Assembly: GCA_963703565.1 (NCBI GenBank)
Contig: CAVPEW010000042.1
Coordinates: 33,327 to 97,326 of the forward strand
Source of the DNA: an uncultured Microthrixaceae bacterium
GTDB lineage: Bacteria; Actinomycetota; Acidimicrobiia; Acidimicrobiales; VFJN01
Reading direction: 5' to 3'
DNA: 64,000 nucleotides
A program made the translations under genes and the position numbers. Below, one piece after another: positions 8,359 to 17,738 of this stretch. Numbering within the stretch: position 1 is the stretch's first letter; each line of letters opens with the position of its first letter. The notes under the pieces were generated by a model. That model made no database searches and was not told the origin of the DNA. It saw nothing but the letters and a program-made list of their open reading frames with translations.

Positions 8359-9510
8359 ATGCAGACACGAGCAGCCATCCTTTGGGGGGCCAAGACCGAC
8401 TGGAGCGTCGAGGACATCGAGCTCGACGAGCCCAAGACGGGCGAGGTAAAGGTGAAGCTCGCGGCCTCGGGCCTGTGCCACTCCGACGAGCACCTCGTCA
8501 CCGGAGACATGGCAATGGACCCGGAGACAGCGGCGCTGGTGGACCTCGAGCAGTACCCGATCATCGGGGGTCACGAGGGCGCCGGCGAAGTCGTCGAGGT
8601 CGGTCCGGGCGTGACCAGCGTCAAGGTGGGTGACCACGTGACCCTGGGCTTCATCCCCTCCTGCGGCCGCTGCCCCTCGTGCGCACGAGGCCGCCAGCAG
8701 CTCTGCGACCTGGGGGCGTTCGCCCTCGCCGGTCGCCAGATCAGCGACATGACCGCTCGGCACCACGCCAAGGACGGGCGCGACCTCGGGATCATGGCCG
8801 GTCTGGGCACGTTCTCGCCCTACACCGTGGTGAACGAGGCCAGCGCCATCAAGATCGACGACGACATCCCGCTCGACCGGGCTGCGCTGGTGGGCTGCGG
8901 GGTCACGACCGGGTGGGGTTCGGCCATCTACGCCGCCGACGTGCAACCCGGTGAGATCGTCGTGGTGATCGGCATCGGCGGCATCGGGATGAACGCCGTG
9001 CAGGGCGCCGCCCTCGCCGGCGCCCGCTACGTCGTGGTCGTCGACCCCGTCGACTGGAAGCGCCAGGCCGCGATCGACACCTTCGGCGCCACCCACCAGG
9101 CGGCGTCGATCGAGGAGGCCCAGGCACTGGTGGGCGAGATCTCCTGGGGCACGATGGCCGACAAGGCGATCCTCACGCCAGGCGTGGCCACCGGAGACCT
9201 CGTGCAGCCGATGATGAGCCTGGTCGCCAAGGGCGGTCGCGCCGTGGTCACAGCGGTGGCTCCCATGTCGCAGCACACCATCTCGCTCGACCTGTTCGAG
9301 CTGACGTTGCAGCGCAAGGAGCTCGTGGGCTGCATCTTCGGCAACGCCAACCCGCGCCGCGACATCCCGAGGCTGCTGCGGCTCTACATGGATGGCAAGC
9401 TGAAGCTGGACGAGCTGGTCACGACCACCTACGACCTGGACGGCGTCAACCAGGGCTACCAGGACATGCGTGACGGCAAGAACATCCGCGGCGTGCTCAA
9501 CTACGCCTGA
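8359..9510 (+). CDS. Zn-dependent alcohol dehydrogenase, NDMA-dependent (mycofactocin-associated, Rxyl_3153-like) type
   Basis: 383 aa with GLCHSDEH and GHEGAG (Zn ligands) and GIGGIG (Rossmann fold). It lies immediately upstream of mftA, and GGGGGAG precedes its ATG. Confidence 0.85.
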   Translation: MQTRAAILWGAKTDWSVEDIELDEPKTGEVKVKLAASGLCHSDEHLVTGDMAMDPETAALVDLEQYPIIGGHEGAGEVVEVGPGVTSVKVGDHVTLGFIPSCGRCPSCARGRQQLCDLGAFALAGRQISDMTARHHAKDGRDLGIMAGLGTFSPYTVVNEASAIKIDDDIPLDRAALVGCGVTTGWGSAIYAADVQPGEIVVVIGIGGIGMNAVQGAALAGARYVVVVDPVDWKRQAAIDTFGATHQAASIEEAQALVGEISWGTMADKAILTPGVATGDLVQPMMSLVAKGGRAVVTAVAPMSQHTISLDLFELTLQRKELVGCIFGNANPRRDIPRLLRLYMDGKLKLDELVTTTYDLDGVNQGYQDMRDGKNIRGVLNYA

Positions 9511-9530
9511 CCCACCCGAGGAGACCACCG

Positions 9531-9656
9531 ATGACGATCACCGACCCCGCCGCTCCAGTCGACGAGCCCGTCGCAGTGGAGTCGGCCGAGGAGCTCGAGG
9601 CAGACGAGGTCCTGGTGGAGGAGATCTCCATCGACGGGATGTGCGGGGTCTACTGA
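9531..9656 (+). CDS. mftA: Mycofactocin precursor peptide
   Basis: Hand-translated 41 aa: MTITDPAAPVDEPVAVESAEELEADEVLVEEISIDGMCGVY. It has the diagnostic IDGMCGVY C-terminus. GAGGAG lies 7 nt upstream. It is too short for the ORF track. Confidence 0.9.
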   Translation: MTITDPAAPVDEPVAVESAEELEADEVLVEEISIDGMCGVY

Positions 9657-9660
9657 CCCC

Positions 9661-9915
9661 GTGGGCGCCCTCGAGCTCGACCCGAAGGTCGCCCTGCGGC
9701 CCGAGCCCTTCGGCGCCCTCGCCTACCACTACGGCACCCGCCGCCTCACCTTCCTGCGCTCGCCGGAGTTGGTGAAGCTGGTGGGCGAGCTCGCCGAGCA
9801 TGCCTCGATCGACGACGCGCTGGCCGCGTCGTCGATCGAGGCACGGCGTTGGCCGGCATTTCAAGCGGCCGTGGTCTCTTTGACCGATTCCGGATTCCTG
9901 AGGACCCGCGCATGA
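9661..9915 (+). CDS. mftB: Mycofactocin biosynthesis chaperone (PqqD-like RRE protein)
   Basis: 84 aa with LRPEPFGALAYHYGTRRLTFL, the PqqD/MftB pattern. It lies between mftA and mftC. Confidence 0.9.
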   Translation: MGALELDPKVALRPEPFGALAYHYGTRRLTFLRSPELVKLVGELAEHASIDDALAASSIEARRWPAFQAAVVSLTDSGFLRTRA

Positions 9916-11048
9916 CAACCCCCCTCGTCGATGACATGAAGAAGGGGCTCGACGCGCCCATCTGCTTGACCTGGGAGCTCACCTACGGCTGCAACCTGGC
10001 CTGCGTGCACTGCCTTTCGTCGTCGGGTCGGCGCGACCCCCGGGAGCTCGACACCGCCTCTGTCATGGGCCTGATCGACGAGCTCGCCGCCCTGCAGGTG
10101 TTCTACGTGAACATCGGCGGCGGCGAGCCCACCATCCGGGGCGACTTCTACGACATCGTCGACCACGCCGTGGCCAGCGGCGTGGGTGTGAAGTTCTCGA
10201 CCAACGGCTCCACCATCGACGCCACCCGCGCCCGACGCCTCGCCGGCAGCGACTACGTCGATGTGCAGCTCTCCATCGACGGCGCCACCGCCGCCACCAA
10301 CGACCCGATCCGCGGCGAGGGCTCCTACGCCACGGCCCGGCGGGCCATGGACAACCTCGCCGAAGCCGGCTTCGGCGCGTTCAAGATCAGCGTGGTGGTC
10401 ACGCGCACCAACATCGACGAGCTCGACGATCTCGAGGCTCTCGCGCGCCACTACGGCGCCCAGCTGCGCCTCACGCGCCTTCGTCCCTCGGGGCGTGGGG
10501 CCGGCGTGTGGGACCAGCTGCACCTGCTGTCCGGCCAGCAGGTCGATCTGTACCGGTGGCTGCTGGACCGGCCCGACGTGCTGACCGGCGACTCGTTCTT
10601 CCACCTCAACGCCCTGGGCGACTCCCTGCCCGGGCTGAACCTGTGCGGGGCGGGCCGCGTCGTGTGCCTCATCGACCCGTTGGGCGACGTGTACGCCTGC
10701 CCGTTCGTGCTGCACCCCGAGTTCCGCGCCGGCAGCGTCCTCGACGACGGCGGGTTCACTGCGGTGTGGCGCGACAGCGAGCTGTTCACCGACCTGCGCC
10801 GGCCCACCTCGCCCGGCGCCTGCGCCTCCTGCGGCAGCTACGACGCCTGCCAGGGCGGGTGCATGGCAGCCAAGTTCTTCACGGGCCTGCCCCTCGACGC
10901 GCCCGATCCCGAGTGCGTGCACGGCCACGGCGAGCGGGCCCTGGCCGGGGTCGCCGCCGACCTCGTCGCTCCGAAGGGCCCGGACCACTCCAGCGGCCGG
11001 CGACCCGTGCCTGTCAGTCTCGGGCGCGCCCCCGGCGGACGCTCCTGA
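9912..11048 (+). CDS. mftC: Mycofactocin radical SAM maturase (SPASM domain)
   Basis: CNLACVHC is a CxxxCxxC cluster. The C-terminal Cys-rich SPASM region contains CGAGRVVCLIDPLGDVYACPF and CASCGSYDACQGGC. ATG 9912 overlaps the mftB stop (ATGA). Confidence 0.95.
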   Translation: MTTPLVDDMKKGLDAPICLTWELTYGCNLACVHCLSSSGRRDPRELDTASVMGLIDELAALQVFYVNIGGGEPTIRGDFYDIVDHAVASGVGVKFSTNGSTIDATRARRLAGSDYVDVQLSIDGATAATNDPIRGEGSYATARRAMDNLAEAGFGAFKISVVVTRTNIDELDDLEALARHYGAQLRLTRLRPSGRGAGVWDQLHLLSGQQVDLYRWLLDRPDVLTGDSFFHLNALGDSLPGLNLCGAGRVVCLIDPLGDVYACPFVLHPEFRAGSVLDDGGFTAVWRDSELFTDLRRPTSPGACASCGSYDACQGGCMAAKFFTGLPLDAPDPECVHGHGERALAGVAADLVAPKGPDHSSGRRPVPVSLGRAPGGRS

Positions 11049-11049
11049 A

Positions 11050-11082
11050 GTCGGACGGCGCGGCTCCGCCCCGCCGTCCGAC
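11050..11082 (+). terminator. Perfect 11-bp stem / 11-nt loop hairpin directly after the mftC stop (no U-tract)
   Basis: GTCGGACGGCG (11050-11060) pairs with CGCCGTCCGAC (11072-11082). It may be an attenuator or an RNA-stability element rather than a full terminator. Confidence 0.35.
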
Positions 11083-11148
11083 ATCGATCGCGATGAGACA
11101 ACTCAGGATTCTGTCTCGACGTTCCCGGCCTGCGAGAATCGCCCAGGC

Positions 11149-13111
11149 ATGACCCAGATGCGCCTGCTCGACCCGATCCAGTGGGGACCGCTACCGGCGC
11201 GCAACCGGGTCGTGTTCGGGCCACACGAGACGAACCTGGGCCGGGGTCGTGCCCTGTCCGATCGTCACGTCGCCTACTACGAGCGCCGAGCCGCCGGCGG
11301 GGCGGGCGTGGTCGTGGTCGAGGAGGCCTCCGTCCACGCCAGCGACTGGCCCTACGAGCGCGCCCCGCTCGCCGCCGAGGCCGCAGCGGGTTGGGCCGCC
11401 ATCGCCCGCGCCGTCCGTGCCCACGGAGCCCTGGCACTGGCCGCGCTGGGCCACTCCGGCGGGCAGGGGTCGAGCGCGTACAGCCAGGCACCGCTGTGGG
11501 CGCCGTCGAGGGTGCCGGAGGTCAACAGCCGCGAGGTCCCCAAGTGGATGGAGCGCGCCGACATCGGCGAGGTCGTCGACGGCTTCGCAGCCGCGGCGCG
11601 CGCCGCGGTGCGTGCCGGCTGCGACGGCGTGGAGGTCAACGCCGGCCAGCACAGCCTGATCCGTCAGTACCTGTCGGGGCTGACCAACCACCGCGCCGAC
11701 GACTACGCCGACCGGGTCCGCTTCGCACGTGAGGTGCTCAGCGCGGTGCGCGACGCCGTGGGCTCCGACGCGGTGGTCGGCCTGCGGCTCTCGTGCGACG
11801 AGCTGGCCCCCTGGGCCGGGCTGACGCCCGAGATGGCCGTGGAGGTGGCCCGCGAGCTTCGCCCCCCTCGTCCACCACATCACCGTGGTGCGCGGCTCGA
11901 TCTACTCGACCGGCGCCACCCGGCCCGACGGCCACACGCCCCCCGGTTTCAACATCGAGCTGGCCCGCGAGGTGCGCGCGGCGCTGGCCCCGGAGGTCAT
12001 CGTGGTCCTGCAGGGGTCGATCGTCGATCCGGCCATGGCCGACGACGCAGTGGCAAGTGGTGCGGCCGACGCGGTGGAGATGACCCGGGCCCTGCTCGCA
12101 GACGCGGAGCTGGTCACGAAGGTCCGAGCCGGGGAGGCCGAGCGGGTCCGCCCCTGCCTGTTGTGCAACCAGACCTGCCAGGTGCGCGACGCTCGCAACC
12201 CGATCGTGACCTGCGTGGTGGACCCCCGTACCGGCCACGAGCTCGACGACGACGACGCGGACCACCCGCCGAGCGCCACCCGGCCCGGCGACGTGCTGGT
12301 CGTGGGGGCCGGTCCGGCCGGGCTCGAGGCGGCCCGGGTCGCCGCGTTGCGAGGCCACCGTGTGCGGGTGGCCGAGCGCCTCGACCGCGCCGGCGGCGCC
12401 GTGCCCGTCGCGGCCCGCGGCGCGGGCCGCTCCCGCCTGGGAGCGCTCACCGACTGGTTGTCGGCGGAGTGCGCGCGGCTGGGGGTCAAGGTGGAGACCG
12501 GCCACGAGGTGACCGCCGACGACGTCGCCGCACACGACGGCCCGGTCGTGCTCGCCACCGGTTCGCGCGCGGGCGAGCGGACCTATTCCGTCGAAGACGA
12601 CGCCCGGCTGCGCACCGCGGCTCAGGTGCTGGACCCCGAAGGTCCCGATGCCGGTGACGCTCCGCCGTCGCCGGTGCTGGTTTGGGACCCCATCGGCGGC
12701 CCGATAGCGGTGTCGGTGGCCGAGACGCTGCGCGCACGCGGGGCCGAGGTGGCCATCGCCACCCCCGACCTGATCGTGGGCAACGAGCTGTCCCGCTCGG
12801 GCGACCTGGCCCCTGCCAACGCCCGGCTTCAGTCCGCGGGGGTCAGGATCGAACGTCGCTGCCTGCTGCGCCAGGTCGGCCCCGAGGGCGCCGTGCTCGA
12901 GGACCGCTTCACCGGGCAGCGCCGGACGGTGCCGGCGGCCACCGTGGTCGACGCCGGGCACCGGTTGCCCGAAGACGCCCTCTGGCTCGAGCTCGCCCCA
13001 CCCGAAGGCCCCTCGGCGGGCACGGTTCCCGCAGCCGGCGACGCCGTGGCGCCACGCACCATCCTCGAAGCGGTTCTCGAGGGTCGCCGGGTCGGGTTGG
13101 GTCTGGGCTGA
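11149..13111 (+). pseudogene. Mycofactocin-system FadH/OYE family oxidoreductase (paralog 1), frame broken by one extra base at about 11858-11867
   Basis: The OYE-like FMN domain (VVFGPHETN, HSGGQGSS, NAGQHSLIRQYLS) is in the frame of ATG 11149. The continuation HITVVRGSIYS...CLLCNQTC...VLVVGAGPAGLEAA is in the frame of track ORF 11885..13111. The join is at GAGCTTCGCCCCCCTC. Confidence 0.85.
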
Positions 13112-15072
13112 TGCGCTCCACCCGCTACCGGCACCTGTTCACCCCCCTACGGGTCGGCCCGGTCGTGGTGCCCAACCGGATCGTGTTCTCCGCGCACCTC
13201 ACCAACTACGCGGCCGAGGGTCTGCCCACCGACCAGCACGCCGCCTACTACGCGGCGCGCGCCGCGGGCGGTGCCGGGCTCATCATCACCGAGGAGCACT
13301 CCACCCACCCCACCGATTGGCCCTACGAGAAGCTGATCCACGGCTTCCACCCCGAGGTGGTGCCCGGGTACCGGCGCATCACCGATGCCGTGCACCGTCA
13401 CGGCACGCCGATCTTCGCCCAGATCAACCACAACGGCGGGCAGGCCAGCTCCATGTTCTCCCGCCTCCCGGTGTGGGCGGCGTCGGCGGTGGCCGACCCC
13501 CTCTTTCGCGAGGTGGCCCACGCCGTCGACCAGCGCGAGATCGCCGAGATCGTTGCCGGCTACGCCCTCGTGGCAGAGCACTGCCGCGCCGGTGGCTTCG
13601 ACGGGATCGAGCTGCAGTGCTCGCACAGCTCCATCGTGCGCGGGTTCCTCTCGCCCGCGGTGAACCGTCGCACCGACCGCTACGGCGGCCCGCTGGCCGA
13701 TCGGGCCCGCATCCTGCTCGAGATCGTCGCCGCGGTGCGCGAAGCGATCGGGCGCGACCTGGCTCTGGGGGTGCGTCTGTGCGGGGACGAGCTGATCGAG
13801 GGTGGCACGACCATCGACGACGCCGTCGAGGTCGCCCGCATGGTGCAGACCCAGGGTCTGACCGACTACGTCAACACCTCGATCGGAGTGGCCACCGCGT
13901 CGCTGTTCATGATCGAGGCGTCGATGCAGGTCCCGCCCGGCTACGCGATGTTCATCCCCTCGGCTCTGCGCAAGGCGATCGACCTGCCCGTCATCGGCGT
14001 GGGCCGGTTCAAGGACCCGGTGCAGGCCGACCGGGCGCTCGAGGAGGGCCACTGCGACCTGGTGGGCGTGGTCCGGGGCCAGATCGCCGATGCCGACTTC
14101 GCCGCCAAGGCCCACGCTGGGCGCACCGAGGACATCCGGCTGTGCCTGTCGTGCAACCAGGAGTGCGTCGGGCGCATGGGGCTGAACCGCTGGCTGGGAT
14201 GCATCGAGAACCCGCGCACCGGTCGCGAGGCCACCGCCCCTGCGGTCGTGCGGCGCGAGCGTCCTCGCCGGGTGGTGGTGGTCGGAGCCGGCCCGGCCGG
14301 CCTGCAGGCGGCGCTGGCGGCCGCCGAGGCCGGCCACCGGGTGACGGTGCTCGAGCGCCGCGCCGAGGCCGGCGGGCAGGTCCGTCTGGCGGCGAGCGTG
14401 CCCAGCCGGGCCGAGCTCGGTGACCTGGTCCGCAACCAGGTGCACGCCTGCGCCCGCCTCGGCGTCGAGATCCGCTACGGGGTCGATGCCGACGCGGCGG
14501 CGGTCACCGCGCTGGCGCCGGAGGTGGTCGTGGTCGCCACCGGCGCCGAACCCGCCCGACCGTGGTGGGCGCCAGCCGATGCCGAGCGCGTCGTCGACGT
14601 GGTCGAGGTGCTCGAGGGCCGGGTCCAGCCCTCCGGGCGGGTCCTCGTGGTCGACGAGCTGGGCTTCCACCACGCCACCTCGGTGGCCGAGCTGCTCGCC
14701 GACCGGGGCGCGCAGGTGACCGTGGCGGCTCCCGGGATGGTCGTGGGACAGGACCTGGGCATAACCCTCGACATGGAGCACTGGCAGATCAAGGCGGCAG
14801 CGAAGGGCATCGAGCAGCTCGTGGAGCTCGTGCCGATGGCCTTCGACCCCGCTGCCGGACGCCTCACGGTGCAGCACCACCCCACCGGCACAGAACGCCA
14901 CCTCGACGCGGACTGGATCGTGCTGGCGGTCCCCGCGTCACCGCTCGAGGCGCTCTACCACGAGCTGGCGGGCCTCCCCGGCCTCGAGGTGCACCGCGCC
15001 GGCGATTGCGTCGCGCCGAGGCGGGCTCACGCCGCGGTGGTCGAGGGTCAGCGGGTCGGGGCGGCGTTGTGA
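13111..15072 (+). CDS. Mycofactocin-system FadH/OYE family oxidoreductase (paralog 2)
   Basis: 653 aa from ATG 13111. It has an OYE/FMN barrel (IVFSAHLTN, NHNGGQASS, QCSHSSIVRGFLSP), the CLSCNQEC Fe-S motif, and the FAD/NAD fold VVVVGAGPAGLQAA. The first 143 codons of the track ORF are out-of-frame overlap with the upstream gene. Confidence 0.9.
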   Translation: MRSTRYRHLFTPLRVGPVVVPNRIVFSAHLTNYAAEGLPTDQHAAYYAARAAGGAGLIITEEHSTHPTDWPYEKLIHGFHPEVVPGYRRITDAVHRHGTPIFAQINHNGGQASSMFSRLPVWAASAVADPLFREVAHAVDQREIAEIVAGYALVAEHCRAGGFDGIELQCSHSSIVRGFLSPAVNRRTDRYGGPLADRARILLEIVAAVREAIGRDLALGVRLCGDELIEGGTTIDDAVEVARMVQTQGLTDYVNTSIGVATASLFMIEASMQVPPGYAMFIPSALRKAIDLPVIGVGRFKDPVQADRALEEGHCDLVGVVRGQIADADFAAKAHAGRTEDIRLCLSCNQECVGRMGLNRWLGCIENPRTGREATAPAVVRRERPRRVVVVGAGPAGLQAALAAAEAGHRVTVLERRAEAGGQVRLAASVPSRAELGDLVRNQVHACARLGVEIRYGVDADAAAVTALAPEVVVVATGAEPARPWWAPADAERVVDVVEVLEGRVQPSGRVLVVDELGFHHATSVAELLADRGAQVTVAAPGMVVGQDLGITLDMEHWQIKAAAKGIEQLVELVPMAFDPAAGRLTVQHHPTGTERHLDADWIVLAVPASPLEALYHELAGLPGLEVHRAGDCVAPRRAHAAVVEGQRVGAAL

Positions 15073-16019
15073 CGCCCTCCGGCACGAGCGCATGGGGTGA
15101 CGGGCCGGCGACGGCGGTCGTGGTCGCGCGTGACGGTGAGCTCCCTCTCGGCGCAGACGAGGCCGTCGCGACCGCAGCCGGGTCGGCGCTGGTCGTCGGC
15201 TCGGGGACCGCGGTGGCCGCCAAGGCCCTCCAGACGGCCCGCCGTGCCCGGACCGTCGAGCTGGGCGACTACGCGCCGGGTGCCTGGTCCCGGACCCTGG
15301 CGCCGGTGCTCGCCGGGGTCGACCTGGTGGTACTGCCCGCCAGCCCCGACGGGCGCGACCTGGCCCCCCGCCTGGCCCACGAGCTCGACCGTGGCCTGCT
15401 CGCGGGCGCGGTCCAGGTCACCGACGACCACGTCACCCTCGTGCGCCGAGGTGGGCTCGTGGCCGAGACCCACCGGCGCGCCGGTCCGGTGGTGGTCACC
15501 CTGGTGCCCGGCTCGCTCGGCGTCGAGCCCCTCGGCGACGAGCCCGTGATCGAGGTCCTGGACCCGGCGCAGGGCACCGGCGGAGGGTTCGACGCCACCG
15601 TGGTCGAGCTCGTGGCCCCCGACCCCGCCACCGTCGATCTGGCCGACGCCCGGCGCATCGTGGCGGGTGGCGCCGGTCTGGGGGGACCGGAGCCGTTCGC
15701 AACCCTCGAACGGGTCGCCGTCGCGTTGGGGGCAGCCTTCGGCGCCACCCGGGTGGCCTCCGACGTGGGCTGGGCCCCCCACGACCGCTACATCGGCACC
15801 ACCGGGGTGGCCGTCGACCCCGACCTGTACGTGGCGTTGGCCGTGTCGGGCGCGGTTCAACACGTGACCGGGTTGGGCCAACCCGACCACATAGTTGCCG
15901 TGAACGTCGATCCCAGCGCTCCCATGATGGCCATGGCAGACCTGGCGCTGGTGACCGATGCCCGCGCCCTTCTCGACGAGCTGGCCCGACGCCTGGAGGT
16001 CGACACCGATGGCCGCTGA
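15069..16019 (+). CDS. Electron transfer flavoprotein alpha subunit-like (mycofactocin-associated)
   Basis: It has the C-terminal ETF-alpha FAD domain (RIVAGGAGLG...ATRVASDVGW...IGTTGVAVDPDLYVALAVSGAVQH). The GTG start overlaps the upstream stop (GTGA at 15069-15072). Confidence 0.85.
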   Translation: MTPSGTSAWGDGPATAVVVARDGELPLGADEAVATAAGSALVVGSGTAVAAKALQTARRARTVELGDYAPGAWSRTLAPVLAGVDLVVLPASPDGRDLAPRLAHELDRGLLAGAVQVTDDHVTLVRRGGLVAETHRRAGPVVVTLVPGSLGVEPLGDEPVIEVLDPAQGTGGGFDATVVELVAPDPATVDLADARRIVAGGAGLGGPEPFATLERVAVALGAAFGATRVASDVGWAPHDRYIGTTGVAVDPDLYVALAVSGAVQHVTGLGQPDHIVAVNVDPSAPMMAMADLALVTDARALLDELARRLEVDTDGR

Positions 16020-17322
16020 GGTGCGCACCGAGTTCGACGCCGTGGTCGTGGGTGCTGGCCCGGCCGGCTCCGCGGCGGCGTTGACCCTGGCCCGTGCCGG
16101 CAAGCGCGTCGCGCTGGTCGAGCGCGGGCCGTACCCGGGGTCGAAGAACATGTACGGCGGCGTCGTGTACGGGCGCATCCTCGACACCCTCGTGCCCCGC
16201 TGGTGGGAGCAGGTCCCCGTTCAGCGCTGGATCACCCGGCGCCAGACGATGATGCTCACCGAGCACCAGGCGTTGACCGTCGACTTCCGTACCGAGGCGT
16301 GGGGTGATGCGCCCTACAACGGCTGCACCACCTTCCGCCCGGACTTCGACTCCTGGCTGGCCGGCGTCGCCACCGACGAGGGCGCCACGCTGGTCACCTC
16401 GACCACCGTCGTCGGGCTGTTGCGGGGCGCCGGTGGGAACGTGGTCGGCGTTCGCACCGACCGCGGCGAGCTGCGGGCCCCCCTCGTCGTGGCCTGCGAC
16501 GGGGTCAACTCGTTCCTGGCCAAGGAGGCCGGGCTCCACCCCCACGGCGACGAACCGGACCACTTCACCCTCGGGGTCAAAGAGGTCCTCGGCCTGCCCC
16601 GGGAGGTGATCGAGGCCCGATTCGGGGTGCGTGGCGACCATGGGGTCGACATCGAGGTGGTGGGGGCGACCGGCGACGTGGCCGGTGGCGGGTTCGTCTA
16701 CACCAACGCCGACTCGGTGGCGATCGGCGTCGTGCTGTCCCTGCCCGACCTGGCCCGCAGCGGCACCCGGCCCGAGACGTTCCTGGCCCGCCTCAAGGCC
16801 CACCCCGCCATCGCCCCCCTCATCGAGGGCGGCGACGTGAAGGAGTACTCCGCCCACCTGATCCCCGAGGGCGGCTACGACCACCTGCCGGGCCTGCACA
16901 CCGACGGCCTGCTCGTGGCGGGCGACGCCGCCGGGCTGTGCCTCGCCGCGGGCATCTGGCTCGAGGGCGTCAACTTCGCCATCGGCTCGGGGGCGGTGGC
17001 CGGCGAGGTGGCCGCCGAGGCCCTCGTGCGCGGCGACACGAGCGCAGCCGGGCTGGCCGACTACCGGCGCCGCCTCGAGGCGAGCTTCGTGCTCGCCGAC
17101 CACCGCAAGCTGCGTGGCGCTCCCGATCTGATCCTGTCGCCGAGGATGCAGCAGCGGTACCCCGGCGTGATCTGCGACCTGGTGGAGGCCATGTTCACCG
17201 TCGACAACCCGACCCCCAAGCCGGGAGCGCTGGCTGCGGCCCGCGCCGCCGCCAAGCGCCACGACGTGAAGCTGCGGCACCTGGCGCGCGACACCGTCCG
17301 AGCCCTGAGGGCCTACGGGTGA
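16009..17322 (+). CDS. FixC/ETF-quinone-oxidoreductase-like FAD-dependent oxidoreductase
   Basis: DAVVVGAGPAGSAAA dinucleotide fold, ACDGVNS, and GDAAG. ATG 16009 overlaps the ETF-alpha end by 11 nt. Confidence 0.85.
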   Translation: MAAEVRTEFDAVVVGAGPAGSAAALTLARAGKRVALVERGPYPGSKNMYGGVVYGRILDTLVPRWWEQVPVQRWITRRQTMMLTEHQALTVDFRTEAWGDAPYNGCTTFRPDFDSWLAGVATDEGATLVTSTTVVGLLRGAGGNVVGVRTDRGELRAPLVVACDGVNSFLAKEAGLHPHGDEPDHFTLGVKEVLGLPREVIEARFGVRGDHGVDIEVVGATGDVAGGGFVYTNADSVAIGVVLSLPDLARSGTRPETFLARLKAHPAIAPLIEGGDVKEYSAHLIPEGGYDHLPGLHTDGLLVAGDAAGLCLAAGIWLEGVNFAIGSGAVAGEVAAEALVRGDTSAAGLADYRRRLEASFVLADHRKLRGAPDLILSPRMQQRYPGVICDLVEAMFTVDNPTPKPGALAAARAAAKRHDVKLRHLARDTVRALRAYG

Positions 17323-17432
17323 GCGCCCCCGCCCGGGCCGGGCGCGCCCCGCTGCTCGACCGCTTCCGTCGCCTGCGGGCCGGGCGCGTCGCGCTGCCCA
17401 CCGACGCCGACGACGTCGGCTCGGGAGGTGCC

Positions 17433-17738
17433 GTGCGGCCCGATGCGCCCGACGCCGGAGGCATCGACTTCCAGGACCGGATGGGCACGGTGGACTTCCG
17501 CGTCGGCGAACGTGCCCACATCACCGTCGACGGTGACACCTGCCGGGGCTGCACGACCCGCGAGTGCGTCACCGGCTGCCCGGCGAACCTGTTCGTTCCC
17601 ACCTCCGACGGAGGGATCCTGTTCAACTACGAGCAGTGCTTCGAGTGCGGCACGTGCTACTTGGTCTGCAACCGGCAGGGCGCCATCACGTGGACCTATC
17701 CCGACGGTGGCCACGGCGTCGCATACCGCCGCTCATGA
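17433..17738 (+). CDS. FixX-like ferredoxin-like protein
   Basis: Cys motifs CRGCTTRECVTGCP and CFECGTCYLVC. GTG 17433 is preceded by GGGAGG and gives about 101 aa, the typical FixX size. An alternative start at GTG 17319 would overlap the fixC stop. Confidence 0.75.
   Translation: MRPDAPDAGGIDFQDRMGTVDFRVGERAHITVDGDTCRGCTTRECVTGCPANLFVPTSDGGILFNYEQCFECGTCYLVCNRQGAITWTYPDGGHGVAYRRS

Noticed and set aside
6793-9528. A 911-aa minus-strand ORF, plus similar giants at 20713..22965, 24680..26941, 46286..48751, 43391..45268 and 15496..17280.
   Set aside because: These are antisense to well-supported genes (thrC, the alcohol dehydrogenase, mftF, the ABC1 kinases, gpsA, fixC). Their translations are Arg/Gly/Pro/Ala-rich with no motifs. 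They are stop-codon-poor shadow frames, as expected in very GC-rich DNA.
12682-13110. A 143-codon N-terminal extension of the FadH/OYE-2 track ORF. The track ORFs 14562..16019, 16938..17738, 26100..27980 and 25262..26251 have similar extensions.
   Set aside because: The extensions are Arg/Gly-rich, overlap the preceding gene out of frame, and lie ahead of good internal starts that overlap the upstream stop codon.
11149-15072. Calling one of the FadH/OYE genes mftD.
   Set aside because: MftD belongs to the LldD-like alpha-hydroxyacid oxidase family of about 390 aa. These proteins are about 650-aa OYE + Fe-S + FAD/NAD enzymes. A functional substitution is kept only as a hypothesis in the findings.
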